Positions 1 through 10,345 of a DNA stretch of 64,000 nt are shown one piece after another. Origin of the DNA: Vicinamibacterales bacterium. GTDB lineage: Bacteria > Acidobacteriota > Vicinamibacteria > Vicinamibacterales > JAMQPK01. A program made the translations under genes and the position numbers. The stretch covers positions 1,008,133 through 1,072,132 of the forward strand of contig CAWHUA010000008.1 of NCBI GenBank assembly GCA_963832375.1, written 5' to 3'. The notes under the pieces are model-generated. The model searched no databases. It was not told where the DNA came from and saw only the letters and a list, made by a program, of their open reading frames with translations. Position 1 is the first letter of the stretch; every line of letters begins with the position of its first letter.

Positions 1-2202
1 CGTCGCCTCGAAGCCGCCGCCTTGCGTCACCTGAACGGCGTGTCCACCGCCGCGAGGCATTTTCCAGATCTCATCTTTGCCTGAACGGTTCGACCGGAAA
101 TAGATCCACTTCCCATCCATCGAATAGCTCGGCCGGCCCTCGTCGGAGACCTCCCCTGTGATCCGCTTCGTAATCCCACCATCGGCGGGCACGGTGTAAA
201 TGTCGCGGTTCGAGCCCTCGAGGACAGCGAAGACGAGCTCACGCCCGTCCGGGGACCAGCGCACGCCATCAGCAACCAGGCTTCCAAACGACGTGAGTTG
301 CGCGACCTGACGGCCCTGTGCATCGCTGACATAAATCTCCCATCCGCCGGTCCGGTCCGAGACGAATGCGATCTTGCTCCCATCGGGCGAGAACTGTGGA
401 TTGAAATCTCGGCGCGTCGACGCGATCAACTGCGTCCGAGTCCCCTCGGTCGAGGTCCAGATGTTCTCGTCAGAGATCCCACGCGTATACGCCAGCCGCC
501 GTGCGGCCGCCGAAAACGCGGGTTGTCTGGCGCCGTCCTCCAGTCCCGGGATGCTCGACGGCTCTCCCGAGTTGATCGGCACGCGCCATAGAGCAGTGGG
601 CCCGGCGAGCTCGACCACGGCGACGACCGCGTCGCCATCGGGAGTCCACGCCAGTTCATAGATGAAATTGTTGGTCAGCTCGAGCCGCTTCAAAGGGCCG
701 CCAGAGAGCGGCGTCACATACAGTTCCCCTGCACCGATGCTCGTGGACCGTCGAGCGAACGCGAGCGCGTTGCCATCGGGAGACAACGCGAACCACCTGT
801 CGCCACCACTCGTTGGAGGTGGATAGGTCAGCTGGCGCCGCGCACCAGTCTGCAGGTTCAACAGAATGATGGCGCCGGGCACATCCACGAAGGCGATGGA
901 CCTGCTGTCTGGCGTCCACGCAATGTCCGAAGTGACCCCATCGGTCAGCTTTCGCTCTGCGCCACCGAGCGGCGGTACGAGGTAGATGGCCTGCTGGCGA
1001 ACGAACGCGACATGTCGGCCATCGGGAGACCATTTGGGGATCCGATCGGGCGCCGGATCGGTCGTGAGACGCAGAGGATTTCCCCCATCAACCATCTTGA
1101 CGTAGATGTCGAAGTTGTCGCGCGTCTCGCCGTTCCAGGCAAACGCCACCTGACGGCCATCGGGAGAAAAACTGGGATTGATCTCCGCTCCCGGATAGGT
1201 GGTGAGTGGAGTGCGTATCGGGGTTTCGACCGGGACGGGCTGAACGCTCGAAAGTCGTAACGCCCCGAACGCCGCTACCGCTACGACTGCCGCGGCCGCC
1301 GCCCAACCCCATCCAGGTGTGACGCGCCGTTTGACTTCAGCTCCCTTCGCTGCCAGACGTCCGCTCTCGGAATCTTCGCGAAACTCGTCGAGCGCGAGTC
1401 GGACGTCGTCGATGTGCTGGGTTCGTCGAGCCAGGTCCTTGCGCAAACAGCGTCGAATGATTTTGTCGAGATCCGGCGGTGCGTCCTCGATCGACTGCGG
1501 CTCGTCCTTGAGGATGGACGAAATGGTGGACATCTTCGAATCGCCGGCAAACGCCTGCCGGCCGGTCACCATTTCGTAGAGCACGGAGCCAAAGCTGAAG
1601 ATATCGCTGCGGCCGTCGAGCGGGCGGCCTTCGGCCTGTTCCGGCGACATGTAGGCCGTCGTGCCCATAATGATGCCCTCGTCGGTTTTGAGGGGCTGTG
1701 TCCGGGTGCGGTCGTCCTCGGCAGGGGGCATTTCGATCAGCTTCGCCAGGCCAAAATCGAGCAGCTTGACATGACCGTCGTCGGTTACCATCACGTTCGC
1801 CGGCTTCAGATCGCGGTGGATGATACCGGCGGAATGGGCTTTCGCCAGCGCATCGGCGATCTGGATGGCGATCTTCAACGCCGCCCCAAGGCGCATGCCA
1901 TGGCGTGGGATGAGTGCATCCAGCGTCTTTCCAGCCACGCACTCCATCACCATGTAGTCGATGCTGTCTTCGCTGTTGATGTCGTACACGATCACGATAT
2001 TCGGGTGATTCAGTGCCGAGGCGGCTTGCGCTTCCTGCACGAAGCGCTGCTTTCGGTCCGGGTCGGCGACGCGGTCGGCGGGCAGGATCTTGATGGCGAC
2101 GATACGATTCAGGCGCGTGTCGCGGGCCTTGAACACCTCGCCCATGCCGCCCGCGCCCAATCGTTCCACGATCTGATAATGTCCCAGCATCTGACCAATC
2201 AT
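1..2202 (-). CDS. Hanks-type Ser/Thr protein kinase with C-terminal PD40/TolB-like beta-propeller (3' end beyond window)
   Basis: Manual translation from ATG 2202: MIGQMLGHYQIVERLGAGGMGEVFKARD..VAIKIL..HRDLKPANV..VKLLDFGLAKL..GTTAYMSPEQ..DIFSFG, then a TM segment and WSPDG/FSPDG repeats. Frame is still in register at position 1; absent from the ORF track because there is no stop in the window. Confidence 0.92.
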   Translation of the reverse strand, partial: MIGQMLGHYQIVERLGAGGMGEVFKARDTRLNRIVAIKILPADRVADPDRKQRFVQEAQAASALNHPNIVIVYDINSEDSIDYMVMECVAGKTLDALIPRHGMRLGAALKIAIQIADALAKAHSAGIIHRDLKPANVMVTDDGHVKLLDFGLAKLIEMPPAEDDRTRTQPLKTDEGIIMGTTAYMSPEQAEGRPLDGRSDIFSFGSVLYEMVTGRQAFAGDSKMSTISSILKDEPQSIEDAPPDLDKIIRRCLRKDLARRTQHIDDVRLALDEFREDSESGRLAAKGAEVKRRVTPGWGWAAAAAVVAVAAFGALRLSSVQPVPVETPIRTPLTTYPGAEINPSFSPDGRQVAFAWNGETRDNFDIYVKMVDGGNPLRLTTDPAPDRIPKWSPDGRHVAFVRQQAIYLVPPLGGAERKLTDGVTSDIAWTPDSRSIAFVDVPGAIILLNLQTGARRQLTYPPPTSGGDRWFALSPDGNALAFARRSTSIGAGELYVTPLSGGPLKRLELTNNFIYELAWTPDGDAVVAVVELAGPTALWRVPINSGEPSSIPGLEDGARQPAFSAAARRLAYTRGISDENIWTSTEGTRTQLIASTRRDFNPQFSPDGSKIAFVSDRTGGWEIYVSDAQGRQVAQLTSFGSLVADGVRWSPDGRELVFAVLEGSNRDIYTVPADGGITKRITGEVSDEGRPSYSMDGKWIYFRSNRSGKDEIWKMPRGGGHAVQVTQGGGFEAT

Positions 2203-2469
2203 CGGCAGTTCTCCACTAGCTGGGTGTCTCAAGAGTCGCTTGATTTGACAAGCACAAGGCCATCAGCGGGCGCGCTACGCGGCGGAAAAACCCGCTGAGG
2301 CGCACTGATCCTACACCAGCCCACCGAGACAGCCCCGCGCGACCGATGAACGCATCGGACAGCACCTTACGTTCGATGCAGTTCAGGAGCAGCTCGGGTG
2401 ATCCGGCTCAGGGCACCACGCAAGTGACCATTACTCGTTGGGGACGCCAACCGTTGGACCTGCGGTCAG

Positions 2470-3363
2470 CTACTTAGTGGCGGTGGCAACACCAAGCACG
2501 TGCTCAATCACTCGCACGGTCAACGGAGGATCGTTCTGATGCACCATATGGCGCAAGTGCTTTGAAGTGATAAACAGCCCTTGTGGCGCTTGCAGAGCCC
2601 ATTCCTGCTGATGCTTGATCTGCAACCGCAATAGTGCGTCGACTATCTCAGGCGTTGCGCCGGGCCACGTCTTTCCTGCACCAACAACGACTGCCGCCGG
2701 AATGTGCGCCGGGGGACGTGCCGCACGCGCTTCTGCAAATTCCGTCCGAATGTTCTGAACGATATTCTCCATCTCTGCTCGTAGACCCAGGGGGACGTCA
2801 GGCGGGATGACGGGCACGTTGAAGATCACCTGCCGTGCACCAGCCGGGAGCGCGTCGGCTTCTGCGTAGGTCACCTCGATATCGGGAACGTCGAGGTACA
2901 CGAGCCCCGCAACATCATGCGGGTTGCGTTGCGCGTACGCACGGATCACAACCCCGCCATAGGATTGGCCAACCAGAACGTACGGTGGCGGCACGTCGAG
3001 AGTGCTCAGCAGGACCTTCAACGAACTCACAACATGACTGAGAGTTTGAGCCTGACCATCTGCGGCAGATTGGCCCAGTCCACGACGGTCATACGAAATA
3101 ACGGGCGCAATCGCTGCGATCCGAGTGAACACTGGATCCCAAGCTTCCAATCCCGAGCCAGCGCCTGCCTCCAGGATCACGACTGGTCGCGCTGGTTGGC
3201 GTGCGGCAAGTCCCTGGCTGCGAACGCGCATAACATGGCCGTTCACGTCCACCATTCTTGTTGCGGCGGAGTCCGTCTGACCCGGCACGACAACCGACCA
3301 AACCGTGATAGCTAGCATGACCGCGAGCAGCGAGCCGAGCAGGAGGCGGTAGCGCGAACGCAT
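2470..3363 (-). CDS. Secreted alpha/beta hydrolase
   Basis: Signal peptide, EAGAG oxyanion loop, YDRRGLGQS, GQSYGG nucleophile elbow, HMVH; GGAGG SD before ATG 3363. Confidence 0.88.
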   Translation of the reverse strand: MRSRYRLLLGSLLAVMLAITVWSVVVPGQTDSAATRMVDVNGHVMRVRSQGLAARQPARPVVILEAGAGSGLEAWDPVFTRIAAIAPVISYDRRGLGQSAADGQAQTLSHVVSSLKVLLSTLDVPPPYVLVGQSYGGVVIRAYAQRNPHDVAGLVYLDVPDIEVTYAEADALPAGARQVIFNVPVIPPDVPLGLRAEMENIVQNIRTEFAEARAARPPAHIPAAVVVGAGKTWPGATPEIVDALLRLQIKHQQEWALQAPQGLFITSKHLRHMVHQNDPPLTVRVIEHVLGVATATK

Positions 3364-3433
3364 GGTCCCCTCCGGGTTAAAGAAGACGCGAATCCCTGTC
3401 AGCACCGGTTGAACCGTTAGGATACCGAACCCG

Positions 3434-3790
3434 CTATCGCTTGCGCAGAACTCTGGGGCCGCCCTCGATGGCTGTTTCGTAGTATCCCTCCCGAGCAGTT
3501 AAGCGAAAACCTCGTAGTTGAGCTTTCGGTCCGGGTTCGTACGTGGTGGGCGAACATGTGTCGAACAGGATCTCGATCTCACCGCCGGAAGGAATCACGC
3601 GCGGACCCGGACAGCGAAGATACACGTGCCAGCCATCGCGTCCGTCACCGATGTATGGGCCTTCCGTTCTCACTTCCGCATTCGGAGCAGAAACGAAGGG
3701 CAGCGGGATTTCGCTCGCGCATGAGGTTAAAGCCAAGCGCAGCAGGCCACCGACGGCGAACAACATGCCACGCACCACAGGATTTGACAC
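3434..3790 (-). CDS. Hypothetical protein, possible lipoprotein
   Basis: 118-aa ORF filling the gap, lipobox-like LTSC; start uncertain. Confidence 0.45.
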   Translation of the reverse strand: MSNPVVRGMLFAVGGLLRLALTSCASEIPLPFVSAPNAEVRTEGPYIGDGRDGWHVYLRCPGPRVIPSGGEIEILFDTCSPTTYEPGPKAQLRGFRLTAREGYYETAIEGGPRVLRKR

Positions 3791-3842
3791 TCATTGTTGA
3801 CTATCGGTTCCTGACGGCATTCTGACTACGCGGCTCGATGGC

Positions 3843-3879
3843 TTGATGCACGGCGGAAGATGCATTACACTGTAGTACA
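3843..3879 (+). promoter_or_regulatory. sigma70 promoter (TTGATG-17-TACACT) of TA operon, leaderless, with overlapping imperfect palindrome (possible operator)
   Basis: -10 ends 7 nt before ATG 3879; TGCATTACA-C-TGTAGTACA inverted repeat overlaps the -10. Confidence 0.55.
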
Positions 3880-4175
3880 TGTCTCGCAAGAGTGAGGTCT
3901 ACACGTGGCGCGTCTCGCCCTCGATGAAGGCCAGCCTCGAAGAGGCGGCGCGCAATACGAATCGAAGCGTCGCTAAATTGTTAGACGAGATCGTCGCTGA
4001 ACGACTCGACGCAAAGGCGCAGACGGGCGCGGCGGACATGGACAACCAGCGCCGCCTTCATGCCCGGGCCGCTCGTTTCGCCGGACGATTCTCCGGCACC
4101 GACCCACTTCGGAGTGCGAAGGCCAGGGCTCGGATACGAGCGCGCCTGACAGAACGCCGCGCACGTGTACGTTAG
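3879..4175 (+). CDS. Antitoxin, RHH/CopG-like
   Basis: YTWRVSPSMKASLEEAARNTNRSVAKLLDEIV RHH pattern; overlaps the downstream PIN gene. Confidence 0.75.
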   Translation: MSRKSEVYTWRVSPSMKASLEEAARNTNRSVAKLLDEIVAERLDAKAQTGAADMDNQRRLHARAARFAGRFSGTDPLRSAKARARIRARLTERRARVR

Positions 4176-4584
4176 GGGGCTCGCTGACGCCGGGGCCTTG
4201 CTCGCGTACCTCGACGCCGCGGACCGGTGGCACGAGCGCTGCCGGTCGGCCTTCGCGCAGTTTCGACTGCCGCTGACGACATCAACCGCGGTCCTTACGG
4301 AGCTATTTCACCTGGTCGGCGATAGTCCCCGCGAGCTGGACATCACGTGGAGGTTCGTACGCTCCGGTGCGCTCACCGTCGCGTCGCTATCCGATCGGGA
4401 CCTGCCTGACATCGAAGCGCTGATGCGCAAGTATCATGACCGGCCAATGGACTACGCCGACGCCACGCTCGTGCATCTGGCGCAGCGTGAGTCGCTCTCG
4501 ACTATCTTCACGATCGACCACGACGACTTTGAGACCTACCGGGTCAGTGGACGCAAACGGCTGCGCATCCTGCCGGCCAAATGA
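4165..4584 (+). CDS. vapC: PIN-domain (VapC-like) toxin
   Basis: LADAGAL, VLTEL, MDYADATLV, IFTIDHDDF acidic PIN motifs. Confidence 0.9.
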   Translation: MYVRGLADAGALLAYLDAADRWHERCRSAFAQFRLPLTTSTAVLTELFHLVGDSPRELDITWRFVRSGALTVASLSDRDLPDIEALMRKYHDRPMDYADATLVHLAQRESLSTIFTIDHDDFETYRVSGRKRLRILPAK

Positions 4585-4618
4585 CAGCCGGATGAGGGTT
4601 CGCGTACCGTCAGTCCCG

Positions 4619-4822
4619 TTAGGTCGTTGTGCGCCGGACGTTCTCGGCCCGCGGACCCTTCGGCCCTTCGCCAAGGTCGAATTCCACCCCGTCACCCTCC
4701 TTCAGATCCTCAAGACCCTCGCCATACACGGCGCTGCGGTGAAAAAAGTACTCCTTCCCCGCATCGTCCTTGATGAACCCGAATCCCTTGTCAACTCGTA
4801 ACGTTCGAATCGATCCCGTCAT
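4619..4822 (-). CDS. Cold-shock domain protein
   Basis: KGFGFI (RNP1), YFFHRS (RNP2), GPKGPRAENV; 67 aa. Confidence 0.95.
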   Translation of the reverse strand: MTGSIRTLRVDKGFGFIKDDAGKEYFFHRSAVYGEGLEDLKEGDGVEFDLGEGPKGPRAENVRRTTT

Positions 4823-4846
4823 CGGTATTTGCCTTTCTGCCCGCGA

Positions 4847-6081
4847 TTAACGTTCGGAAAACATTCCGCTCCGCTTTCTCCCACATAGTGGCGTACGGGG
4901 CGACCACAGGGCTGTCCCATTCAGGACATTGCACGTCGAATACCCGTGGTGGAGGAAATCGCGACTCACGACGACGTGGCGAGCTGCGGTGGCTCGCACG
5001 CTCATTCGAAGCGACTCGCGCCCGTTGTCTTCGGTGATCACCCGCGGGTGCGAGGGCTCGGCGATGAACGCGAGCTGATCGGCGAGCATGGCGCGCAGCA
5101 GATCGCCATAGACCGTCATCTTCGTGGCCGGCGGCGACGTCAGGGTGATGCGCTGATAGGCCTCGTAGGTCTTGTGACGCGCACGGAGCAGCCCGCTCCG
5201 ACGGGGCGTAGAGCGTGCTCCACGTCGATGCGCGCACCTGGAAAGATCGACGCGAGCGCACGGGTCGCGCCTTCGTCCAGAGCCGTGCGCACGACGGCCT
5301 GCGTCGGGAATCCACTCCCGCAGCGTCACGTCTCCACGCTCGAAGAGGAGGCGCAGCTCCTGACGGTCCATCCGGCCCGCTTGCGTAAAGCCATGGTAGA
5401 AGCGTCACGGGCACGTCGCCGTAGCGAGCGGTGCAGTAGACCTGCTCCTCGATCCCCGATCCGGGGCGCAGCACGCGTCCCGCCGATTCGACGCGTCCCG
5501 CCGCCGAGCCAGCCCGCGAACATGTCGAAGAAATGCACGCCGTGCTCGATGAAGATCCCGCCGCTCTTGGTCCGGTCCCAGAACCAGTGGTCCGGGCCGA
5601 GCCCTTCGTCGCAGGCATAGTTCTCGAACGTTCCGCGCAGCACGTCGCCGAGCAGCTTCGAGTCCACGAGCGCCTTGATCTGCGCGAAGAGCGGGTTGTA
5701 GCGCTGCATCAGATTGGTGACGAGGAGGAGCCGCGTGTCTCGCGCGAGGGACACGAGCTCGTCGGCCTGCTCCATCGTGACGGCCAGAGGCTTCTCGACG
5801 ATGACGTGCTTACCGGCGTGAAGAGCGTCTCGCGCTTGCTCGTAGTGGAGAAATGGCGGCGTGGCGATGTAGACGAGCTGCACGTCGGGCATCGCGAACA
5901 GCACCTCCGCGCGTTGCACGTCCGCAAGACCGAACCGCGCGGCGCAGGCGAGCGACGCTTCGCGATGCGTGCCTGCGATGCACCGCAGCGCGGCCCCCGG
6001 CACCTGCGCGAACTGCTGCGCGGCGAACATGGCGAAGCCGCCAAAGCCGAGGATGCCGATGCCGACCGCGTTCGCTGACAT
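4847..6081 (-). CDS. Gfo/Idh/MocA oxidoreductase, frameshifted (3' end uncertain)
   Basis: GILGFGGFA, YIATPPFLH, HVIVEKP, SGGIFIEHGVHFFD; continues through ORFs 4791..5618 and 4847..5371 via several frameshifts. Confidence 0.8.
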
Positions 6082-6474
6082 GAGGTGCGTACACCCTCTC
6101 GGAGCCGATGTGCGCTCGCGGTACTCTGTCACACATTGTCGATTCTTGGTTTGTGAGCCGCTGAGACGACTGGGCGGCGAGCCAAAGGGCCACCCGCCTC
6201 CGTGAATGGCCGAATCTGCACGTTCGCGGCAGTTCAGTGAATGAGCTCGCAACACATCGCCTGACAGTGGCGCGTTGCAATACGTTTCTGCAGCTCCCGT
6301 TGGGGACAATCCCCTCATTCCGATACGCCGGTCGAGTAACCGGCCGTCACCCAAGTCACCCGCAGCCCATCCCCGTCGCGGCAACCTGCCGCGTGGTCCC
6401 GTCTGTGGTACCCACTAGACAAGCTCTCACTGATGACCCTGGATCATGGAGAGGTGTTTGCAGGGAGATATCAC

Positions 6475-6912
6475 ATGAAGAAGAAGATCTTAACGGCCGT
6501 TTTCCTGGCCGGCTTTGTCGGCGCAGTGCCGGCGCAAGCGGGACAGCACAACGTGCCGGCGGTCAAGGACAAAAAGCCAGCGACCAGCAAGGACAGCATG
6601 AAGCCGTCGACGATTACCGGGTGCGTGGTTCAATCTGACGCCCGGTACCGACTTGACCATGCCATTGTCGCCACTGATCCAGATGTGGACACACAGAACA
6701 GGCCTGGCACCGAGGCGAGCGCAACTCCGAAAATGATGTCTTACACTCTCGTCGGAGCCGAATTGAAGTTGCATCTCGGTCACAAAGTGGAGGTGACCGG
6801 AACGATATCGAGCGACAAGACGTCGAAGGACATCGCAGGACCCCTAGGAATGAAAATCGGCGGGACTCTGAACGTGGCGTCCGTAAAGATGGTCTCAAAC
6901 ACCTGCCCGTAG
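6475..6912 (+). CDS. Secreted hypothetical protein (TITGCV...HLGHKVEVTGT...C, OB-fold-like)
   Basis: Signal peptide MKKKILTAVFLAG..AQA, GGGAG SD, terminal Cys pair. Confidence 0.75.
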   Translation: MKKKILTAVFLAGFVGAVPAQAGQHNVPAVKDKKPATSKDSMKPSTITGCVVQSDARYRLDHAIVATDPDVDTQNRPGTEASATPKMMSYTLVGAELKLHLGHKVEVTGTISSDKTSKDIAGPLGMKIGGTLNVASVKMVSNTCP

Positions 6913-6970
6913 CCTGCCACCAGATTGCGCGTGGATGGGTCGGCGTGAACTGCAATTGGAGATACTCGAC

Positions 6971-7321
6971 ATGGCGAAGCGTGCTTTAGCAGTAGAGGAA
7001 ATTGCATCTGAGGTTGGACGGCTGTTCGGGACAACCGAGGCTCATGCGCGAAAGTGGCTGGCGCAGCGCAAGGAGTTAGTTAGCGCCCTATCCACCGTTC
7101 GCCATAAAGCAACCGGACTAATAAGTGAGCTCGGCGGTGAGGCTCCCTTCCCCTGGCGACGCCGCCCCGGACGCAAAGCCAAAGAAGGCATTCCAGTTGT
7201 TCAGCCAGGCATGCGGGAGAGTCGCAAGAAACGTGTGATGTCAGCTCAAGCCAGGGCAAAGATGAGAGCGGCAGCGAAGAAACGCTGGGCTGACATTAAG
7301 AAGAAGACCAGGCGCAAATGA
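6971..7321 (+). CDS. Small basic protein, putative nucleoid-associated/DNA-binding
   Basis: N-terminal helical region, RRRPGRK, C-terminal MSAQARAKMRAAAKKRWA; GGAG SD. Confidence 0.7.
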   Translation: MAKRALAVEEIASEVGRLFGTTEAHARKWLAQRKELVSALSTVRHKATGLISELGGEAPFPWRRRPGRKAKEGIPVVQPGMRESRKKRVMSAQARAKMRAAAKKRWADIKKKTRRK

Positions 7322-7858
7322 CGCTTCTGGTCGAAGCACCAGACACTAGCCTCCCACCGCCTCCGCCGCAGCCATTGCCGTCAACGACCTGCAACAGCTC
7401 TATCTGCTGACCGTCGCTCTGAATCGTTTAGAGAGACGGGAGCGCCTGATGAGTCAAATTATTGCTTGGCTAGTCGTCATCGTTGCCTGCGGCGGCGGTG
7501 AACGTGGGACCCGAATCCATTCGCTGGACATGCCATCACCTACGGCACCGTCGCAAAGTGCCTCTCGTCCAACTCTCGCCTCGGAGAGATAGAAGGCCGC
7601 GTCATTGAGGCCGACTTTGAGAACCCCATCCCTCGCGCGCATACCACGGCGGCTTCGGTTTGCGACCAGGATGGTTGCGAGCCGACAGATCAACCCTGAA
7701 GACAAAAACGCATGTCAAGGCGGGCGGTAGTCCGGTTGCTATTCTGGACTAGCGAAAAGCGAACTTAAGACCAAGACGCCGAGAGCTCCCCCCTCGTCGT
7801 CTCCATGCACAGCGTGCTCTTGCTCTAACCGCTCGTTACTTCCTCGCAGACGCGCGCC

Positions 7859-8870
7859 CTACTTTCCAGCGCCGCTTTTCTTCGCCGCTTCCTCGGCAGC
7901 CTTCTCTTCGGCGCGAGCGCCGCCGAGAATGCCACTCATGGCGTAATTCCCCTCATGACACGCGTACTCATAGATCCGGTAGTTCGGCAGGCTTGTCATT
8001 GGACGAACGGCCGTCCATGGCCTGGTGTACACCGTCGGGTCGTCGATCGTGAATTGGTAGTCGATCACATTGTCGGCGACACGTGTGAAGCGTTCGACCG
8101 CACGCGTGTGTCGCGACGAGGGGAATCGCAGCTGCGTGTTGTCACTGTAGTTGGTGGTCTCGACGACCAGGGTCTTCCCCTCCCAATGACCGCGGGAATC
8201 CCCGTTCCACTGGCGGATGCTGTCGCTCAGACGCGGGCGCCCATCGAGCGGGATGAGGCGGACATCGTGGATATTCTCGACGAGAATCGCCACGTAGCCA
8301 GGGGTCTGAAAAATCTGATACGTGTTGTTGTAGCCCGTCGAGATCGGCGGCACACCGTGGTACGTGATGCACCGATCCCAGGCGCTTCGGTCCAACCACG
8401 AGTCAGCGGGGTGCGCGCGCGCGTACTCCGCTTTCGCCACGATTCTCTGCTGCGTTTCCGCGGTCAGACGGAAGTCTGCCATCGGGCGGATCGACGATCA
8501 GCGACGTTCGGAGATTCGAGGTGATTTTGCCACGGTCCCACCAGACTGCATTGTAGGTACCCGGGTCACCCGGTGGAGGAGGTGCGTCCACCGCAGCTTC
8601 CGCCTCCCGTGCGGCGGCTTCCTCGGGCGTAAAAAACTCTCTGCCGGCGACCGCGGCAGACCGTTCGAGGGGCGTCAGCGTGGCATACGACCAGACGCCC
8701 TGCAGGTCTGGGTCGCCCCACGCGGTACGCGGCGTTGTCTCCGTCTTCGTTGTGCCCTTCGTGTTCGCCGCCGACGACGGGGTCTGGCCCGCGACGGGCG
8801 CCATCGCGCATGGTGCCCACACGATGAGCGCCGCGAGCACTCCGACTTCGGTCGACCATTCGTGTCTCAT
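7859..8870 (-). CDS. Secreted conserved hypothetical protein (PRTAWGDPDLQGVW / GDSRGHWEG family), one frameshift near 8480
   Basis: ORFs 8403..8870 and 7859..8482 join at DPPDGRLP/LTAE; YEYACHEGNY motif. Confidence 0.8.
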
Positions 8871-8989
8871 GAGAAACCCCCTGCTTCTTCAGGAATTCAT
8901 CACTGCAGGCGATACTACGCTCGTTCGCGCCTGGCCAAACCAGAATCCTCAGTGATTGAACAGGGCCGGCGAACGTGTGTCTCTGTCGA

Positions 8990-9018
8990 TTGACACGTTC
9001 ACGGCTATCCGGTATACG
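8990..9018 (+). promoter_or_regulatory. sigma70-like promoter
   Basis: TTGACA-17 nt-TATACG upstream of AGGAGG SD and ATG 9064. Confidence 0.5.
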
Positions 9019-9063
9019 AAAACGTCTGGTTTTGCGTCAGCCATTGGTTCATAGGAGGAGCGC

Positions 9064-9699
9064 ATGATCTCTCTGCTCCGATGCGCAGCCACACTGATCG
9101 CGGTGTTCTGTTTGAGCCTGCCCGTGCAGGTCCAGTCATCAATCCCGAATGCGTTGACACCGGCCGAACGGGCTGCGGGCTGGACGCTCCTGTTCGACGG
9201 ACGATCGCTGGCGGGGTGGCAGCCGAGCCAGCAGGCCGTGTGGTCCGTCGAGGACGGGACGATCATTTCCCGCGGCAAAGAGCCGGGGATTCTCAGAACA
9301 ATCGCCACCTACCAGAACTTCGAGCTGAAAGCCGACTTCTGGGCCGACGACACGATGAACAGCGCGATTTTCGTCCGCTGTCCTTCGGACCTGAACGCCA
9401 GCCTGTCGTCGAAGGTGTGTTACGAGGTCAACATCTATGACCCGCACGCATCGTGGCCGACGGGCAGCGTGAACGAGGTGCAAACCACCTTGCCCGAGCG
9501 GATTCAAACGGCGGGCAAATGGAACTCCTTCGAGATCACGCTCGAGGGCAGCAGAATCGCCGTCAAGTTGAACGGGAAAACCACGGTGGATGCCAGGAAC
9601 GACCTGTTTACGAGTGGGACGATCGCTCTCCAGGCAAACGGCCCCGGATCAGGGGGCGGGACGATCAGGTTTCGGAATATCAGGATTCGTCCGATGTGA
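9064..9699 (+). CDS. DUF1080 / 3-keto-disaccharide hydrolase family protein
   Basis: GWTLLFDGRSLAGW, NSAIFVR, YEVNI, GKWNSFEI, IRFRNIRIR; signal peptide. Confidence 0.92.
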   Translation: MISLLRCAATLIAVFCLSLPVQVQSSIPNALTPAERAAGWTLLFDGRSLAGWQPSQQAVWSVEDGTIISRGKEPGILRTIATYQNFELKADFWADDTMNSAIFVRCPSDLNASLSSKVCYEVNIYDPHASWPTGSVNEVQTTLPERIQTAGKWNSFEITLEGSRIAVKLNGKTTVDARNDLFTSGTIALQANGPGSGGGTIRFRNIRIRPM

Positions 9700-9830
9700 T
9701 CGATACGAGGCGGCCAGGAATACTTGGTTCGCGTTGCTCGCCTGTTGATGCGGTAGACAGGCATACGAATCGGCCACTACGCGAGCCAAGCCCGGAGCAG
9801 CTGCCCTATAATCCAGTGCCTCACATTCAT

Positions 9831-10316
9831 ATGTCACGACATCTGCCGTATGTCGCCGTGCTCCTCGTCCTGTCAGCGTGCGGCAGCCCCTCGTCTCCGG
9901 ACGGTGGTGGGATTCAGGCCCATCTGGACAGGACGACGCCCGATCTCAAGGTCAACGGTGCCACCATCCAACCTGGGTCGACCACCAGCATTGCCGTTGG
10001 GTCCAGGGCCGATTTCCGAATCGACTTCACCAATCGTTCCGGTCAGAATTTGCACCACGCCATCGTCTTCGTCAGAGACGATGGCGTCGAGCGCCTCCTT
10101 CTGTGCGGTGTCAGCGGCAGTGGAGGAGAAGGTGGGGGCTCGGGGGTGGGCACGACAATCTTTCCGGAAGACCGGGGACACACAGTGAGGGTGATGCTGC
10201 TCGGCGCGTACGGCCCGAGCTCGCAGTGCCTCCTTCAGTCGTCGACTGGGTCGTTCCAGGTGAATCACGCCAACGTTCAGGCACAGCGTCTCCTGATGAC
10301 GCTCACCGTACAGTAA
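9831..10316 (+). CDS. Hypothetical lipoprotein
   Basis: MSRHLPYVAVLLVLSAC lipobox; TATAAT at 9807-9812. Confidence 0.65.
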   Translation: MSRHLPYVAVLLVLSACGSPSSPDGGGIQAHLDRTTPDLKVNGATIQPGSTTSIAVGSRADFRIDFTNRSGQNLHHAIVFVRDDGVERLLLCGVSGSGGEGGGSGVGTTIFPEDRGHTVRVMLLGAYGPSSQCLLQSSTGSFQVNHANVQAQRLLMTLTVQ

Positions 10317-10345
10317 CGCCCTTCGGCAGTCGCATCCGACGGGCT

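Noticed and set aside
2440-3430. Integron attC-like ends (GTCCAACGGTT, TCCTAACGGTT) after two lower-GC genes
   Set aside because: No matching GTTRRRY end or L-box palindrome was found, and there is no integrase.
7322-7858. Small ORFs such as 7454..7705
   Set aside because: No motifs, SD or typical codon pattern; probably non-coding or decayed DNA.
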